Source: Eledone cirrhosa (lineage: Eukaryota). Taken from it: 64,000 nt of DNA. Location: positions 147,622,001 through 147,686,000 of the forward strand of contig OZ024741.1 of assembly GCA_964016885.1 (NCBI GenBank). The letters run 5' to 3'. Each line of letters opens with the position of its first letter. Position 1 is the first letter of the stretch. The notes below the pieces were generated by a model. It ran no database searches. It worked only from the letters and a program-made list of their open reading frames with translations, and was not told the origin of the DNA. This document shows, one piece after another, positions 1 to 15,111 of the stretch. The position numbers and the translations under genes are program-made.

Positions 1-924
1 GAATCATTTTCATAGTTGTCTTCTTGCCTGCAAACAAACATAAGATTTTCTCCTAAATTTGTAAATTATTTCTGTGAAATTAACTCTGGATTTGCTAAGA
101 ATTATAGCTAGGTCTTTGTTTGTGTTTTTTCCAGCTCAGTGGAAATTTTGATTTGATTGACAATGTTCTGAGTACATTATTCAACACTATGCTTCATGAA
201 CATATTTATATAAATCAATGCCATTGCTTCACTTGAGTTATTTACCTTTAATCATTTGATTTTTTTAATCTCTATTTATGACTGTCTGTAACAATATTTC
301 AAACAAAAATATGCTGTCTTTGCATTTTAATTATAAAAGTAATTGAGAAGTATGAGAAGGTCAACAATTGTGAGGTGGAGGAAAAAGCTAATTAGGCCCA
401 CCCTAGTACTTTACTGGTTCTTTATTTTATTGACTCTGAAAGAATGAAAGACAACGTTGACTTCAATGGGGTTTCAAACCAGAATGTAAAATCTGTAACA
501 ACATACTGCAATGCATTTAATCTGATGTTCTAATAATTCTGCTAATCCACTATTCTTTTCAATTTAATAATACAAAAGGCAATATTTAACTACTGAAATA
601 TCATATTATTTGTCATGTAATGATAAGATTTCTGTCTAAGATGAATTTATATTTGAACAGTTTAAAAGATGTAGTTTTGGGTGGGATGAAAGACCATATC
701 AACCTATGGCTGGGCCCCTTGACTTTCAGCTATTTCACGTCTTTACATGTTTCAACACTATAATGTTTCACCACCACTACCACCACTACCACACATACAC
801 ACACAGCAAACAAATTGACTGCCTCATAGTTCTTGCAGGCCTCTAGTTGTTGTGTGGCCTCTAGGCTTCAGTCTAATCAGCCTTGTGAATAATTATATTC
901 CAACCCTGGTGAGGTGTTATTTAA

Positions 925-1188
925 CCCTTATGATACCAAACTGCCTAAATCTACACCTAGTTCTATTATACATTACTGTTTACTTTAAAGTGTTTATATT
1001 AATCTAAAAACCTTCCATCATGTTTTTTTTTTTTTTTGTTAGAACATTTATTTCATTGTGCTTCAGGCATTAGATTAAAATGAAAAAGTTAGTTATTGTA
1101 CCAAGTACCTCCAAATCCTTGATTATTTTCAAAATTATTTAAAATTCATGGGTATAAGTATTTCCTTGGAAATATAGTAAGGAAAGGG
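925..1188. mobile_element. piggyBac-like MITE (TTAA target); related copies near 27790-28049, 39615-39863, 39970-40643
   Basis: TTAA|CCCTT...AAGGG|TTAA termini; internal sequence recurs elsewhere in the window. Confidence 0.6.
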
Positions 1189-1327
1189 TTAAAAGCTTAA
1201 AATAGAACTGTCCAAAATATAGGTTTCTCAAGAAGTTCTTGCAATTTTGATATCTTATTGGAAAGAAAATGATCTCTGTTCAATCTTAGATGTTAATGAA
1301 AGTATGCTGATGACAATGGTGGTATAA

Positions 1328-1328
<1 letters not shown>

Positions 1329-1361
<33 letters not shown>

Positions 1362-1733
1362 TGGTGGTAGTGGTGGTGGTGGTGATGGTGGTAGGAGTAG
1401 GGTTGAGGATGGATGTGATGGTGGTGATGATAGTGGTGAGGATGGATGTGGTGGATGTAGTGGTAGTGGTGATTATGGTAGTAGTGGTATGGATGAGGAT
1501 GGTGGTGATGGTAGTGGTGAGGATAGAGGTGTTGGTGGTTGTGACAGTGTAGTTAATGATATTTCTCTATCACTGTAGTCACTGATATCATTGGAACTGG
1601 GTTGGAGTGGGGGTAGAGGGGATGCAAAAGCAAAACAAGAAAAAAAAAAGTGAAAGTAAGAGAGGGGTGGGTGAACAGATAAAAATGATGATCAGCACTA
1701 TTAACATGATGGTGATTGTGACAGTTTTAATGA

Positions 1734-1767
<34 letters not shown>

Positions 1768-2110
1768 GGTGGTGGCGGCGGCGGCGGTGGTGGTGGTGGT
1801 GGTTGTGGTGGGGGATGATGATGATTGTGACAGTGGTGGTGGTGGTGGTGGTGGTGGTGGTGGTGGTGGTGGTGGTGGTTGTGGTGGGGGATGATGATGA
1901 TTGTGACAGTGGTGATGATGATGGTGGTGGTGGTTGTGGTGGGGGATGATGATGATTGTGACAGTGGTGATGATGATGGTGGTGGTGGTTGTGGTGGTGG
2001 TGGTGGTGAAGATGGTGATGATGATGATGATGATGACGATGACGATGATGATGATGATGATGACGATGATGAAGAGGGGGAGGAGGAGGATGGTAGTTGT
2101 GGTGGTGGCA
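1329..2110. repeat. (TA)n followed by (GGT)n/(GAT)n low-complexity tract
   Basis: Directly visible; source of the poly-G/V/M/D ORFs. Confidence 0.95.
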
Positions 2111-2262
2111 ATGGTATTGATGTGGGGAAGGTGCTTTGCTTCTTAAGACTATTTACAGACCTCCACCATATGATGCTTCAATGGAAGTTTTATTAAGCTG
2201 AAGAAGTAATTCATTATTCAATCAGAAATCATGGATGAAAAATAGCTATGCATAGATACATA

Positions 2263-3345
<1,083 letters not shown>

Positions 3346-3354
3346 GTTGCGAAC

Positions 3355-3510
3355 AGAGTATGGTGAAATGGTTAGGGAGTTTGCTTCGCAATCATTTGGT
3401 CCCAAGTTCAATCTCACTGCATGACATCCTGGGCAAATGTTATTTACCACAGCCTTGGGTTTACCCATGACTTGTGATTGAAATTGGGTAGACAGAAACT
3501 GTTTGGAGCC
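3355..3510 (+). mobile_element. tRNA-derived SINE, diverged; related copies e.g. 4107-4253 (-), 17285-17430 (+), 22225-22378 (-), 25825-26160 (-)
   Basis: A-box-like tggtgaaatgg, B-box-like agttcaatctc, shared body ending gtagacagaaactg. Confidence 0.65.
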
Positions 3511-4490
3511 CATTGGATGAACTATACCTGTAATTCAAAGGACCAGCCATGTTACACACTGCATCATCCTGAATTTCCCTGGGAATTATGTAATAGGTGC
3601 ATGATCTGTGGAATGCTCGGTCACTTGCACATTTCAGGAACATGCTGTTCTGTTAGTTAAACAACTGGAACACTCATTATCAAAATCAACAGGTCCATTC
3701 CAATCCAATGTGTGTATGTGTGTATGTGTGTGTGTATGTATGTTTGTGTGTGTATGTGCATGCATATTAATCACACATATATCTAAATATATGTATATGT
3801 ATGTATATGTGTGTGTATATGTGCATGCACATTAATCATGCATGTATATCTCTATATATGTATATGTGTGTATGTGTGTGTGTATGTGCATGTACGTTAA
3901 TCACACATATCTATATGTATGTATATGTGTGCATATGTGTATGCACATGCACATTAATCCCACATATATCTATATATATATGTATATGTGTGTGTATATG
4001 CATGCATATTATTCACACATATATCTATATATATGTATATGTGTGTATATGCATGCTCATTAATCACACATATATCTATATATGTGTAAAAACAAAATGA
4101 TTTTCTGCAGTTTCTATCTTTAAATTCCACTCACAAGTCATTGGTCAACTCAAGGCTATAGTAGTAGACACATGTCCAAGGTACCATGCAGTCAGACTGA
4201 ACCTAGAACCATGTAATTGCAAAGTGAACTCTTTAACCACACAGCCATGCCTGCATTTAATATCTAGACAGGATATTTTTTATAAGCTATCTTATAAGTA
4301 ACATTGGCCCTGGTTCTATTAATCAAAATCACCTATTTTAAAAGGTTCCTATATAAATTTATATCTTTCAGTATAATTTCATATAAGAGCCATATGCTAA
4401 TTAACAAACTTAGTAATAAATTAATTTATAAGCAAGTATTACACCAAGAAAAATATAGACTTCGGCAAGAAAGGAGATTAGGAATTTATT

Positions 4491-4602
4491 GGCTTTAACA
4501 TATGTTTCCGGGTCTATTATAATAGTCTACATATGCTGACTACAATATATATTGTTCAATCATATGCAATACTTAATTATTTCTCACACATCTTCAGAAA
4601 CC
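4491..4602 (-). ncRNA. decayed hammerhead-like motif in an old PLE terminal repeat
   Basis: Minus strand ggttt-CTGAAGA...GAAA-catatg-TT-aaagcc; stem II no longer pairs; 20-bp direct repeat agtaataaattaatttataa at ~4412 and ~4757. Confidence 0.35.
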
Positions 4603-5840
4603 TTAAAATTGTTTGTGGTAGTGTCCTTGTAATATGCCGTAGAATTCAGGAATGAGATGTTCAATATAAAAATGGTATTTACATTCAAGACAATAAAATA
4701 GAACAAGAATAAATCAAGATAACAATAAAATAAAATACAGTAAGTTAGTGTGATAAGTAATAAATTAATTTATAATTTAAGTACATTCCCCCAAATTCTT
4801 GATTAATTAATTGAAATAATGTTTATTTCATAAGAAATATGGTCACAAGAGGATTAAATATAAAAATATATTATACAACTCTGTAAAGTAGCATAGTTAT
4901 GTATGTCTACAGAGTTACTTTTCTATAAACATGGAGAATATAAACTATTGTTAAGACTGCTTGCAATGTTATTTGCAGAAATAATTGTCTTAATGGCCAT
5001 ACCAAAAGCACAATGTATCCACATCTATAAAAATACTAAAAATAACTGAAACAATTTCTATATCTTCCCAATTTATTCCAATAGTGATTTTCTCACTTCC
5101 TTTTCTTTTTCTTTATCAATCTCTTCTTCTCTTAGTTTTCTTTTGAAACCTCTCCTTCTCACTCGTTATAATTTATTTCTTCCACCTCCTAAAATTATTT
5201 ACTCCTTTACTTTAAAAAATTATATGTAATTATTTCCTTTATTTATATTAGCTCAGTGACATTTCCAAAGACTGGGTCTTTGAATTCACATATTACTTCC
5301 CTGGCAACATAACATCAATTAATTCTCATACCCTAAATGTTTCTAAAATTCAAGTTAGTTTTCATAGTGTAAAATCAACAAATTTATGTGTTGTTTTCTT
5401 AGTCTATAAGTGCTGGAATATTCAGGAAAACCTTCCAATGTAATTAATGGCCATATATATCTGGAACTTTTGAAAGTTGCTTTATTATTGATTAAGTAAC
5501 ATTATGGAAATTACTGAGTTGGATGGTAATAGAAGATTATCAAATATTTTTTTCTTTTACAGCTTTTATTGACAAGAACCAATAAATGAGAGTCTGTTAT
5601 TAAGGTTCAAATAGAAATAGCTGTGATTCCTCACAGAGAAGTTAACATGCCCAGGAAGCTTTACTCAAGTAAATAACAATCAATAATATTTACTTCTGAG
5701 GAATACATTTTTATACATAAATATATGTCTGCAGGGTTGCTGAGGGTGTGCAAATGCTTATGTGCTTATGCATATTTGTGAATGTGTATTTATGATCATC
5801 ATCATCATCATCATTTTATGTCTGCATCTCCCTATATATA

Positions 5841-6552
5841 CTAGCTAAACTACCCGTCCTTTGGACGGTTCAAGTAGCTTTCGATGTAGCTCATTAAACT
5901 AAACAAAGTAAATTTGAATACATAGAAGAAAAACGTACTTTATGTAAACATGAAAACCTTAGGCACTATTCTGGCGAAATAATTAATATGTGAGCTCGGT
6001 GTCTTCTTTGACAACAGTAAAAACGCATCATGAAATAGAGAAGTGAAGTGAATAATAGACACTATTATGTACAAAGCATAATATGGTAAAAGTTATGACA
6101 TCACTTAATGTATTAACATCAAGCTTGAAACGATAAATTATACAATGTCAAACCTATAACTTAACTTAGTAATCTGTTAGAAATTGCTGGTTGTGAAATA
6201 TACAAAATGATATTGTTAGTCTCAAGGAAGCGTACCTTTTGTTTCAAGTACAGAGTAAATTAAAATCCGAATGAGCCGAATTACGAAAGATAATTCTTGT
6301 CTTACTTAAAGATAACTCTTGTCTTACTTAATCACGAAAATTCACACAAATAACCGAAACTTTTTTAATGTCTCCAAAGGCCCCAATATCGATTTTTGAA
6401 AGCCTTTGTAGATCATTTACAGGTTTTGTGCAAGGAGAAGCTCTGTAAAAAATTTCAAAGAAATCGCATGAATGGTTTAGAATATATGAGCCCTCATTAA
6501 AAATTGTCCACACACACACATACAGAAAACTTCGTCTTTATATATATACAGA
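5841..6552 (-). mobile_element. non-autonomous Helitron (712 bp)
   Basis: Minus strand A|TCTGTATATA... 5' end at 6552; hairpin ccgtcc-ttt-ggacgg (5854-5868) about 10 nt before CTAG|T at 5841; no TSD. Confidence 0.85.
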
Positions 6553-7375
6553 TATATACTGGAGTAACATATTAAGACCAGAAAGAAGAGGGGGCACATA
6601 GAACAGATGGTCATTGAGGAGGTCACAGAATGTGTCACTAAAGAACTTTGACAAACTAACCAATAATTAATAATCAAAATAAAATGAAAAAGTGAAAATC
6701 ATATAGCTGTCAACATGACCATCCCCAAATATAACAATATATATATACTGTATAACAACCACTCTGTGAAGTGGTTGTTATTAGAAAGGGCTTCCAACTA
6801 AAGAAAGATTACCAAATAAATGTTTGAAAATACCTTTCTGTTGTGTCAAAGACATGAGAACCTCCCTAGAGTTGGTGATCAACACAGCAAATGCACCCAG
6901 TAGACTCTGAAAGGGGTTGGTGACAGAAAGGGTAATCAGCCATAGAAAACCTGCCAAATAAAGGGTTGGGAGGCCTCTTCAGTCATGTGAAAGACATACA
7001 TTTATATATGTGTGTGTGTGTGTGTGATGTCTAGATACCTTTTGCTCCCACATTTTCCTTTTTGTTGGCACTGATCTCTGTTATTCCCATCAGACTTACT
7101 ATTTCTAATCCTAAACCAAACATTACATTTAGTTCCACTCTTCTACTTAACAAATCCATTCTTTCCATATGTTTCAACATCATAGAAATCTGAAATTCTT
7201 TAAAATTCCCTCAAAATTTATTGGTCTCACCCACCTAACCTTCTCACTGTCCAGCCATTCATTAATCCTTGTGCTACTACATTTCCAATGAAATACACTA
7301 CTTATTTGTTTCAGTTAATTGTCAAAATAATCAAGAGTTTAGAGAGGTTTAATAAGATAAATTTTTTTCATTATG

Positions 7376-7548
7376 CATTGGCAATATCGGTAGAGGGTTG
7401 CAGCAAAGAGTTACGGCCCTTTATGGTCAGAGTTCAAATGCCGCCGAGGTTAACTTTGCTTTCCATCCTTACAGAGTCGATAAAATAAAGTACCAGTAAT
7501 ACACTGGGACAATTGCTGGCCTTCTGCAAAAGTAGAAACAATTATTAT
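7376..7548 (+). mobile_element. tRNA-derived SINE with Meta/MESC-like core and (ATT)n tail
   Basis: gagttcaaat B-box, core ttgc(c)tt(t)catcctt-cggggtcgataaaataaagtaccag, tail gaaacaattattatt; about 12 copies in the window. Confidence 0.8.
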
Positions 7549-8454
7549 TCTAATGTTTAGAACAAAACTAAAAGAAAGGTTCTTACAGTTATGATGGAAA
7601 GTTTTGACAATCACTGAACCAGGTGTGATCTCAGACAGGTTGGCATCGAAATGGTTTAACAATACAGGCCATTAAAAGGGAATAAAGCATGAATAAATTA
7701 TCCTTTGACTTTTAAACATGTTTTCAGAATCCACTAGAAATTGATCCACCCACATTCTACAAAATATCTTAAGCCTTTCATCACCATATTTCTAATGAAA
7801 AACAGTGCCTATGATTTTCAAATCATTTTGCAAGTAATAATGAATTTGAATGGATTTAACAGTATATCTAACATACTGGTGTATGAAACAGAGCTTAACA
7901 AAGGTTTTTACGTAAAACAATGATGGAATGTTTTTAGATAAATATAATTACTTTCAAATAAGCAGCTTAGTATTATAGAAGCAGTAATGGTTTGTACATT
8001 TCACATCTTGTTAATGTGGTTTCATCCAGTAGAGCATGTTAAGAGTTAATGAAGGTAGAAGTGGCAATGCCCATGACCTTTGCAGGTATTTCCATATTGG
8101 TCACTGATACCGAAAATAACCATAAGGAATAACTACAGGGAAAACGTGCATAGGGTGCAAAATGGTGATGGATATAATTGAAATGATTATAATAGAGTGA
8201 AGCCTGGATTGAGTGCTACAAAACACTGTGACTTGAATAAGGTTGCAACACCACTGATGTAGTAGATATTAAAATTACATAATTCTGTTTTCTAATATCA
8301 CACACACACACCATACACACGTATACACACATAAATAAAACACACACAAACACAACACACACATACACTCACACACACAGACACACGCACTTTCACACAC
8401 ATACACTCATATACACACATACCCTCATACACACTCACACACACACACCACACA

Positions 8455-8510
<56 letters not shown>

Positions 8511-9444
8511 GTATAGAAAAGTAAATATTTTCCCTGAACAATTGTCTTTATTGTAAAAACGTCAAAAGAAAACACGTCATCAAGAATATTTTGGAAACTG
8601 GGATCTGAAGTTGTGCTTTAATGGAATTACAAATTCTACAAAATGAAACAAAAGATTTTTTAAATTTAATAACAGAAAGTTAAGAATTAGTAAGAGAAAT
8701 CTTTTTGAACAAAAGATCTATTAATAAAGTGATATTGTTCCATTTGAATGAAATAAATGGAAATTCCATTTCCCCATTGTCTGTTTGCCTCACCTCACTC
8801 CATCATTAATTCTATCCTCTGATAGTAGTAAACATCTACTGCAGATATTCAGTACATAAATATAGTCTACATCAAAGGTTCTCAATGAGGGGCAGCGTTT
8901 GGGAGCAAGGGGGCGTTAGGGGAGCGTGTGAAGCTTTGGGGGCGCTGGAAGCCCCTTTAGTTTTTTAGTTTGGTAAGTTTTATAAGTCATATTTGTACGT
9001 CTCTTAGACAGCCAGTGTGAATGCATTTGAAAGAAGAAAACGAAGAAAATAAATAAAAGAAGATTGTCAAAGAATTCCCTAGGGAGATAAAAAACGAAAG
9101 AAATCAAAGAAAATGAACATAAGGATGTCAACTTTGACAACTGTTACAAGAACAACAGAAACAAAAATGACAACAAAAAGAAGCAATGGTGATGAAACGT
9201 GTGGGTGTATACATACATACATACGAACATACACACACATGCATACGTACATACATACATACATACAAACATACACACACAGGCCTGTGTTAGTGTTTGA
9301 TGAGGTTGAGAACCTGGTCAGCTTTCAGCCAGAGGTGTGGTATTTAATATCTCCCTAGGTAATAAAATCTGGAGACAAAATGTTCTCCTTACCAAAAAAA
9401 AAAACATAAATATAAATGCATGTATATATACAAATGTATAAATG

Positions 9445-11725
9445 TGTAGTGACCTACATTCCACGGGCTCACATACATTCTCTGTGCGTGATTTGGCTCA
9501 GTTCAGCCAATCAGCGCCAGTAGAAGAGGATGTATCCCTACGCGCCCTGAGGAAGAAATTCCCCGCGAAGATTTGAAGAATCTCTCTCTTGTACCAGAAA
9601 CTTCGAGCCATCAACACGCATAATGTAACGGTGAAATATTGCACCCTAGCCTCGCCGGCTTAACGGCGCAATGGCACATTCCCTTTTGTAACCGCTTTTT
9701 ATCTGTAACTTCAACCATATAAGTTAACAAACATTGTTTGTACTACATAAAAAATAAACATACATTTCATCTCTAATTTCTGCTGTTGAAATCATTATTA
9801 TGTTACTCGTGTCTCAATAACTTCTGTAATCCATGCTGCTGGGATTGGCGACCTGACGGAGGGAATGTTGTAAATACAAAGATGGTAAATAGATCGAGGG
9901 ACCTTCCCTCACGTTTATGTCGACAAGATAATCCAACGAGGATACTATCACTTACCACACTGGCAACAACGACCCTTCATTCAACTACCCTGTTAAAGTG
10001 GCGACTATTCAACTTTCATACAGCTAAAGTGGCGACCACGACTAACCATCTTGCTAAAGTGGTGACTTATATTCAACAAAGAGAAACATTCCTTTCCTTT
10101 ATTGGTGACCGACGTAAGAATTTAACGCAGCCCTTCTTTTTTATTCAGTTGAACTTTTATTGCCACGTTGCCAACCTTTTAGCAACTTGCGAAAATACAA
10201 TATATTCCTTTCAAAGTTTTTTTTTTGAAGAATTGGCAGTATTTCAAAAAACTTTTCGCCACGAGGGAATTTCAAAATGGCTACCGACAGGTCCTGTCTA
10301 CAATCAACAACAACGACAGCAGCAGCGACAGCATTGTTTAACCACTGACCAAAACAGGGAATAGTGAGTGGCAGCTTCATAGCCTTACCGACGCAAACCA
10401 CCACACATCGGAAATTTCAAAACGGCTTGTAACTTTACCGACGCAACCACCATACCTTCTGTCTCGTTACCACAGGGACTCGAGAAATGGAGACAGTAGT
10501 TTTCTCACCATTATGGCGTCAGACGTGGCTGCCATGTTTGGTGACTGCTACTCTACAGAAGATTCTTTGACTTTGCTAAGGTGGCAGGACGGTAGAATGG
10601 CCACGAAAACTCACAAAAACACCATACATCTAACCCCTAACGGCATTAACAAACTTCTTTTTCAGTTTTCAGATAGAACTAGTGTCTGTACACTGGTGAT
10701 GTGTGAACTATTTGACTTTGAAAAACTTTGAACTTTTCATTGAGCAATTTCTCTGCTCCCTTAGATTGACTTTGAATTATCAGTTTGTTACATTCACATA
10801 TTTCTTTGTGGAATGCATTTACTTGTTTTGTGCTCTTTTGCTATTTGCTTGCTCATGGTTTTTGTTCATTCACATTCTTTGCTGTTTTACATGCCTGCAT
10901 ATGCACACATTTTTTTGTCACACACCAACATGTTGTTCTTGGTATATGTTCTTCAAACGTAATATTCTGTGAGTTCCTTTTCACCTGGTTGGGGTGCTGT
11001 CACATGCTAGCAGCTCACAGAGCTTAATTCACTGGATTCAAACAGGCACCGCAACACGAGAATACTAATTGCAGCTGAACTCAAACAGCTTCGCATCTCG
11101 TTGCATACTGATCGTCCATGACGGCCATCCGTCTTGTTGTTTTTGCCCGACTCGCTGGGAAAGCAACAAATTGAACTGGACTTGTCAGCATTTCGGCCAC
11201 TTCTGTGGATTCGCCCGAGTTATGGAATTTACACTGCAACCCACCTACAGATTAAACTTGCTTTTTTTTTTCTTTACAAAGCAACCAGCCATTTTTTCCT
11301 GGCTCCACAGCACATTCGACAATACATCTGGGGGGCCATCATTTTCTCGCCAGCACTGGTAAACTACCATAATAGCTTCGTTCACAGCTACTGATACAAC
11401 GCTTACCATTAACATTTAATGCAAGAACAGCAACTTCGCTCATGTCAGACTTTATCTGTTTTCTGGTAGGCCCTTGAGGGTCTCGTTTAAACTACAAAGC
11501 AGCTAGTCATTTGACAGCGGCTCAACACGGCCCGTCGCGCCTAATTTTTTTTGTTCTTGCATGAATCTTTCTGCTCAATTATTTTTTCACTGATGTGCTC
11601 TTTCAGCATTTGATCTTGCTGATTCAATAATATGTGGGTCCTTGGTTTCTTCGTTATCGATTTTCGGCTGAAAATCTGCTTTCATACAGCTAAAGTGGCG
11701 ACCACGACTAACCAACCTGCTAAAA
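9445..11725 (+). mobile_element. probable degenerate LTR-retrotransposon 5' region with several tRNA-Trp PBS-like motifs
   Basis: TGTAGT...ACTACA (9445-9747) and TGTTGTAA...TTACCACA (9866-9959) LTR-like termini; TGG(C/T)GAC motifs; ~45-bp direct repeat at 10013 and 11679; faint gag-like SPELW. Confidence 0.35.
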
Positions 11726-11756
11726 ATGCATAGCTATATACATACGTAAATGTATG

Positions 11757-11800
<44 letters not shown>

Positions 11801-11802
<2 letters not shown>

Positions 11803-11989
11803 AACGAGTGAGACCCCGACGGCTGAGCTCAAGCCGTTTCGACGGCTAATTCTGGACAGAATTAGCCGTCGAAACGGCTTGAGCTCAGCCGTCGGGGTCC
11901 CACTCGTTCCTATTACCCACTCTATTACCCTAAGTATTGAGTACTTTGGTGCGGTATGGTCCACCTGGTTCCTTACCACATTTCCTTCG

Positions 11990-11991
<2 letters not shown>
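11801..11991 (+). repeat. fold-back palindrome element in (TA)n, copy 1
   Basis: 54-bp arms 11801-11854 / 11857-11910 with one mismatch and a 2-nt loop, then an 80-nt tail; (TA)n on both sides. Confidence 0.9.
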
Positions 11992-12026
<35 letters not shown>

Positions 12027-12182
12027 CGAAACATAAGTCATTTGCATGAACTCATAATCCTTTATTTACTGGTATATATATTTCGATGATAGCCATTGAA
12101 TGGCTATCATCTCATCAGGCAGTTAGTCAGTTCTTAGATATGCGAGCTCTGGTGTTGATGGTATCAGAGCCTTGGGACATAT

Positions 12183-12259
<77 letters not shown>

Positions 12260-12287
12260 TATACATATATACATACATACATATATA

Positions 12288-12353
<66 letters not shown>

Positions 12354-12392
12354 AATCTACACACATACACACACACACACACACACACAGAG

Positions 12393-12434
<42 letters not shown>

Positions 12435-12733
12435 CAAGGGTAACCAATCTTAAAGAGAGAGATTGAGATAGGAGAGGAGAAGAGAGATTGGTGAATTAGT
12501 TAGAAGCCAAAGCGTAAAGGCATGTGCTCAATGTGCAATATGTAGTGGAAAGCAGCTAGGTGGCTGGGTTCATGCAGAGGTTAGGTGCACAGAGCTGGAA
12601 ATATTCATTAGTTAAGCAAAACAAGACCACAAATTTCACAAGTAAGACATTATTAAAAGATTGTCAACATAGTTTTAGTTTGATGTAAGGACTGTAGAGA
12701 ATAAGAATAATAATATTAATAATAATAATGTCC

Positions 12734-12852
12734 GTTTACAATTGTTTCGCTACTCCATATAATGTTTCTGGATCAAATGATTATATATCATTATTGATCT
12801 GGTTCAGTTGAAAATAATTAACATAGGTAAACATAGAGCAGCTCATCGGAAC
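12734..12852 (-). ncRNA. type I hammerhead ribozyme, U4C core, long stem II insertion
   Basis: gtt-CCGATGA-gctgctctatg...tatggagtagc-GAAA-caattg-TA-aac; the core is deleted in the plus-strand arm (~15030). Confidence 0.6.
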
Positions 12853-13499
12853 TTCAAAAGGAATATAAATTAAAATAAGTAAAGAATGTTACATGAATGT
12901 AATGTTCCATATATTGGTATTTCACTATGGTGTCCTGGGTATATCTATTGTCTGCCATAGTCGAGCAGTATTCTTCTGTCGAGGCTGCATTGTGTGAGAT
13001 CTGCCTATGGGTAACAAGATGGCCGCCAATGGACATATTTACCTTACTAATTAGAGGGTGGTTTCAGGGGAAGTAACTCCTCGAGAGATTAGAAATTGTG
13101 GGTAGTTTATAGTTAAGAAGTGCTAATTTTTAAATTTTTTAATTGAGAGACAATGTAAGGGAGGTAACTTATAATTATCTAAGTTAGCTATAACTATTTA
13201 ACTTATTAGCTATAAGTAAAAATGGGGCTAGATGACTATGTTGGATCAAATATTCTGTTGGCGAAGGAATTAGCCCTTCGATGTTGACAGCTAATAGTTA
13301 CCTCCGTTCTATCGTTAATCGGTAGAGGTCGTGATAGAGTTATATAGTATGCTTCGGTAAGACAGAGGTCACAAGAGTTTCTTCATCCATTGAACGGTTG
13401 GGCCCTAACCAAGATATCCCATGTTAGTGAGTGTTCAATGTTGGTTAATTTAAGGTTTTTAATGAACCTAGCTAGAGATGTCGAACATCTGTTGTTAGG

Positions 13500-14186
13500 G
13501 TCTCAGAAGGAAAAAGAGAGCGCGTTATAGCGTGCCTTAAAAGGGTTAGAGGTAGAGCCGATATAGGAGCTGGTATGCGAAGCAGTTTTAACTGTGCACC
13601 TATAAACTATATTGGGTGTCAGGCAATGTCCATTTAGTGGGCATGCGTTAGGGTGACGGCAGTTGCAGTTACTTCTGCGGTTAGTGAGAGTAGGGTTGTT
13701 TAAACTATGCGGTTGGTCCGTCCTAGAAGGATTAGATGGGGGAGGTGTGCTACTAGAGTAAGTATTGGTGTAGTGGCGTGGTGTATTTGATGGGGGGTGG
13801 TACCGCGGTGTGGGAGTTATACTGCCTTAGTTATGATGGTTACTGAATGCGATGTGGCTAGCTAGGGTAGGTGTTGTGGAGAATGATATTTTAATGTTGT
13901 TTTTATTAAAGAGTTTGTAATATCTATGGTTGGGGGGGATGTTTAGATAGGATAGAGAAGAAGCGTTTAGGGATATTAGTGGCTAGATTAGATGAGAATG
14001 GGGAGTTAAGCCAGGTGATATTTCTAGGCCTATTCCTTCTAGGGGTTCTAGTGGAGTTGGTAGGGGCCTTCATAGGGTTATTATTACCTGGGCATTTGTT
14101 ATTTGTCATCCCATTGCTCATTCCTATTCTAGGGTTGATTTTTAGTTTGCTACTTGGAGTGGGAAGTAGGCTACTGCCACCATTAA
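13500..14186 (-). pseudogene. PLE RT-thumb linker and GIY-YIG endonuclease fragment
   Basis: Minus translation NITWLNSPFS...CNCRHPNACPLNGHCLTPNIVYRCTV...SYIGSTSNPFKARYN, homologous to ORF 47588-48790. Confidence 0.85.
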
Positions 14187-15111
14187 TGAACAGTCCATTT
14201 ACTACATACCTAAATGCCATAACACAGCACTTCACTACAACCATAATAAACTTAACACTAGAACTAGAAATACCTTAGCATATAGCCAGATTCGCCGGAA
14301 TTTTAGCAGTAACAGCACCTATACAGGGAACCTTAATGGTGGCAGTGGCCTACTTCCCTCTCCAAGTAGCAAACTAACCCTTTTAAGGTACGCTATAACT
14401 CGCATTCTTTTTCCTTCCGAGACCCTAACAACAGATGTTCGACATCTCTAGCTAGGCTCATTAAAAACCTTAAATTAATCAACATTGAACACTCACTAAC
14501 ATGGGATATCTTGGTTAGGGCCCAACAGTTCAATGGACGAAGAAACTCTTGTGACCTCTGTCTTACCGAAGCATATTACATAACTCTATCACGACCTCTA
14601 CCGATTAACGATAGAACGGAGGTAACTATTAGCTGTCAACATCGAAGGGCTAATTCCTTCGCCAACAGGATATTTGACCCAACATAGTCATCTAGCCCCA
14701 TTTTTACTTATAGCTAATAAGTTAAATAGTTATAGCTAACTTAGATAATTATAAGTTATCTCCCTTACATTGTCTCTCAATTAAAAAATTTAAAAATTAG
14801 CACTTCTTAACTATAAACTACCCACAATTTCCAATTTCTCGAGGAGTTACTTCCCCTGAAACCACCCTCTAATTAGTAAGGTAAATATGTCCATTGGCGG
14901 CCATATTGTTACCCATAGGCAGATCTCACACAATGCAGCCAATGGCAGACAATAGTGAAATACCAATATATGGAACATTACATTCATGTAACGTTCTTTC
15001 TTTATTTTAATTTATATTCCTTTTGAAGTTCAATAATGATCTATAATCATTTGATCCAGAAACATTATATGGAGTAGCGAAACAATTGTAAACCGACATT
15101 ATTATTATTAC

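Noticed and set aside
9960-10115. Short repeats spaced about 30 nt apart as a CRISPR-like array
   Set aside because: The repeats are degenerate, the spacers are themselves related, there are no cas genes, and the context is eukaryotic.
9786-11394. ORFs of 70-192 aa in the GC-richer segment
   Set aside because: No recognisable domain; they overlap PBS-like repeats and are at best decayed gag.
11801-11910. Hairpin as a pre-miRNA or intrinsic terminator
   Set aside because: Perfect arms, multiple dispersed copies in (TA)n and a half-hammerhead sequence fit a mobile-element origin better. Small-RNA production is not excluded.
13979-14278. Hydrophobic 99-aa ORF resembling a membrane protein
   Set aside because: It is the antisense reading of the PLE coding fragment across the inversion junction.
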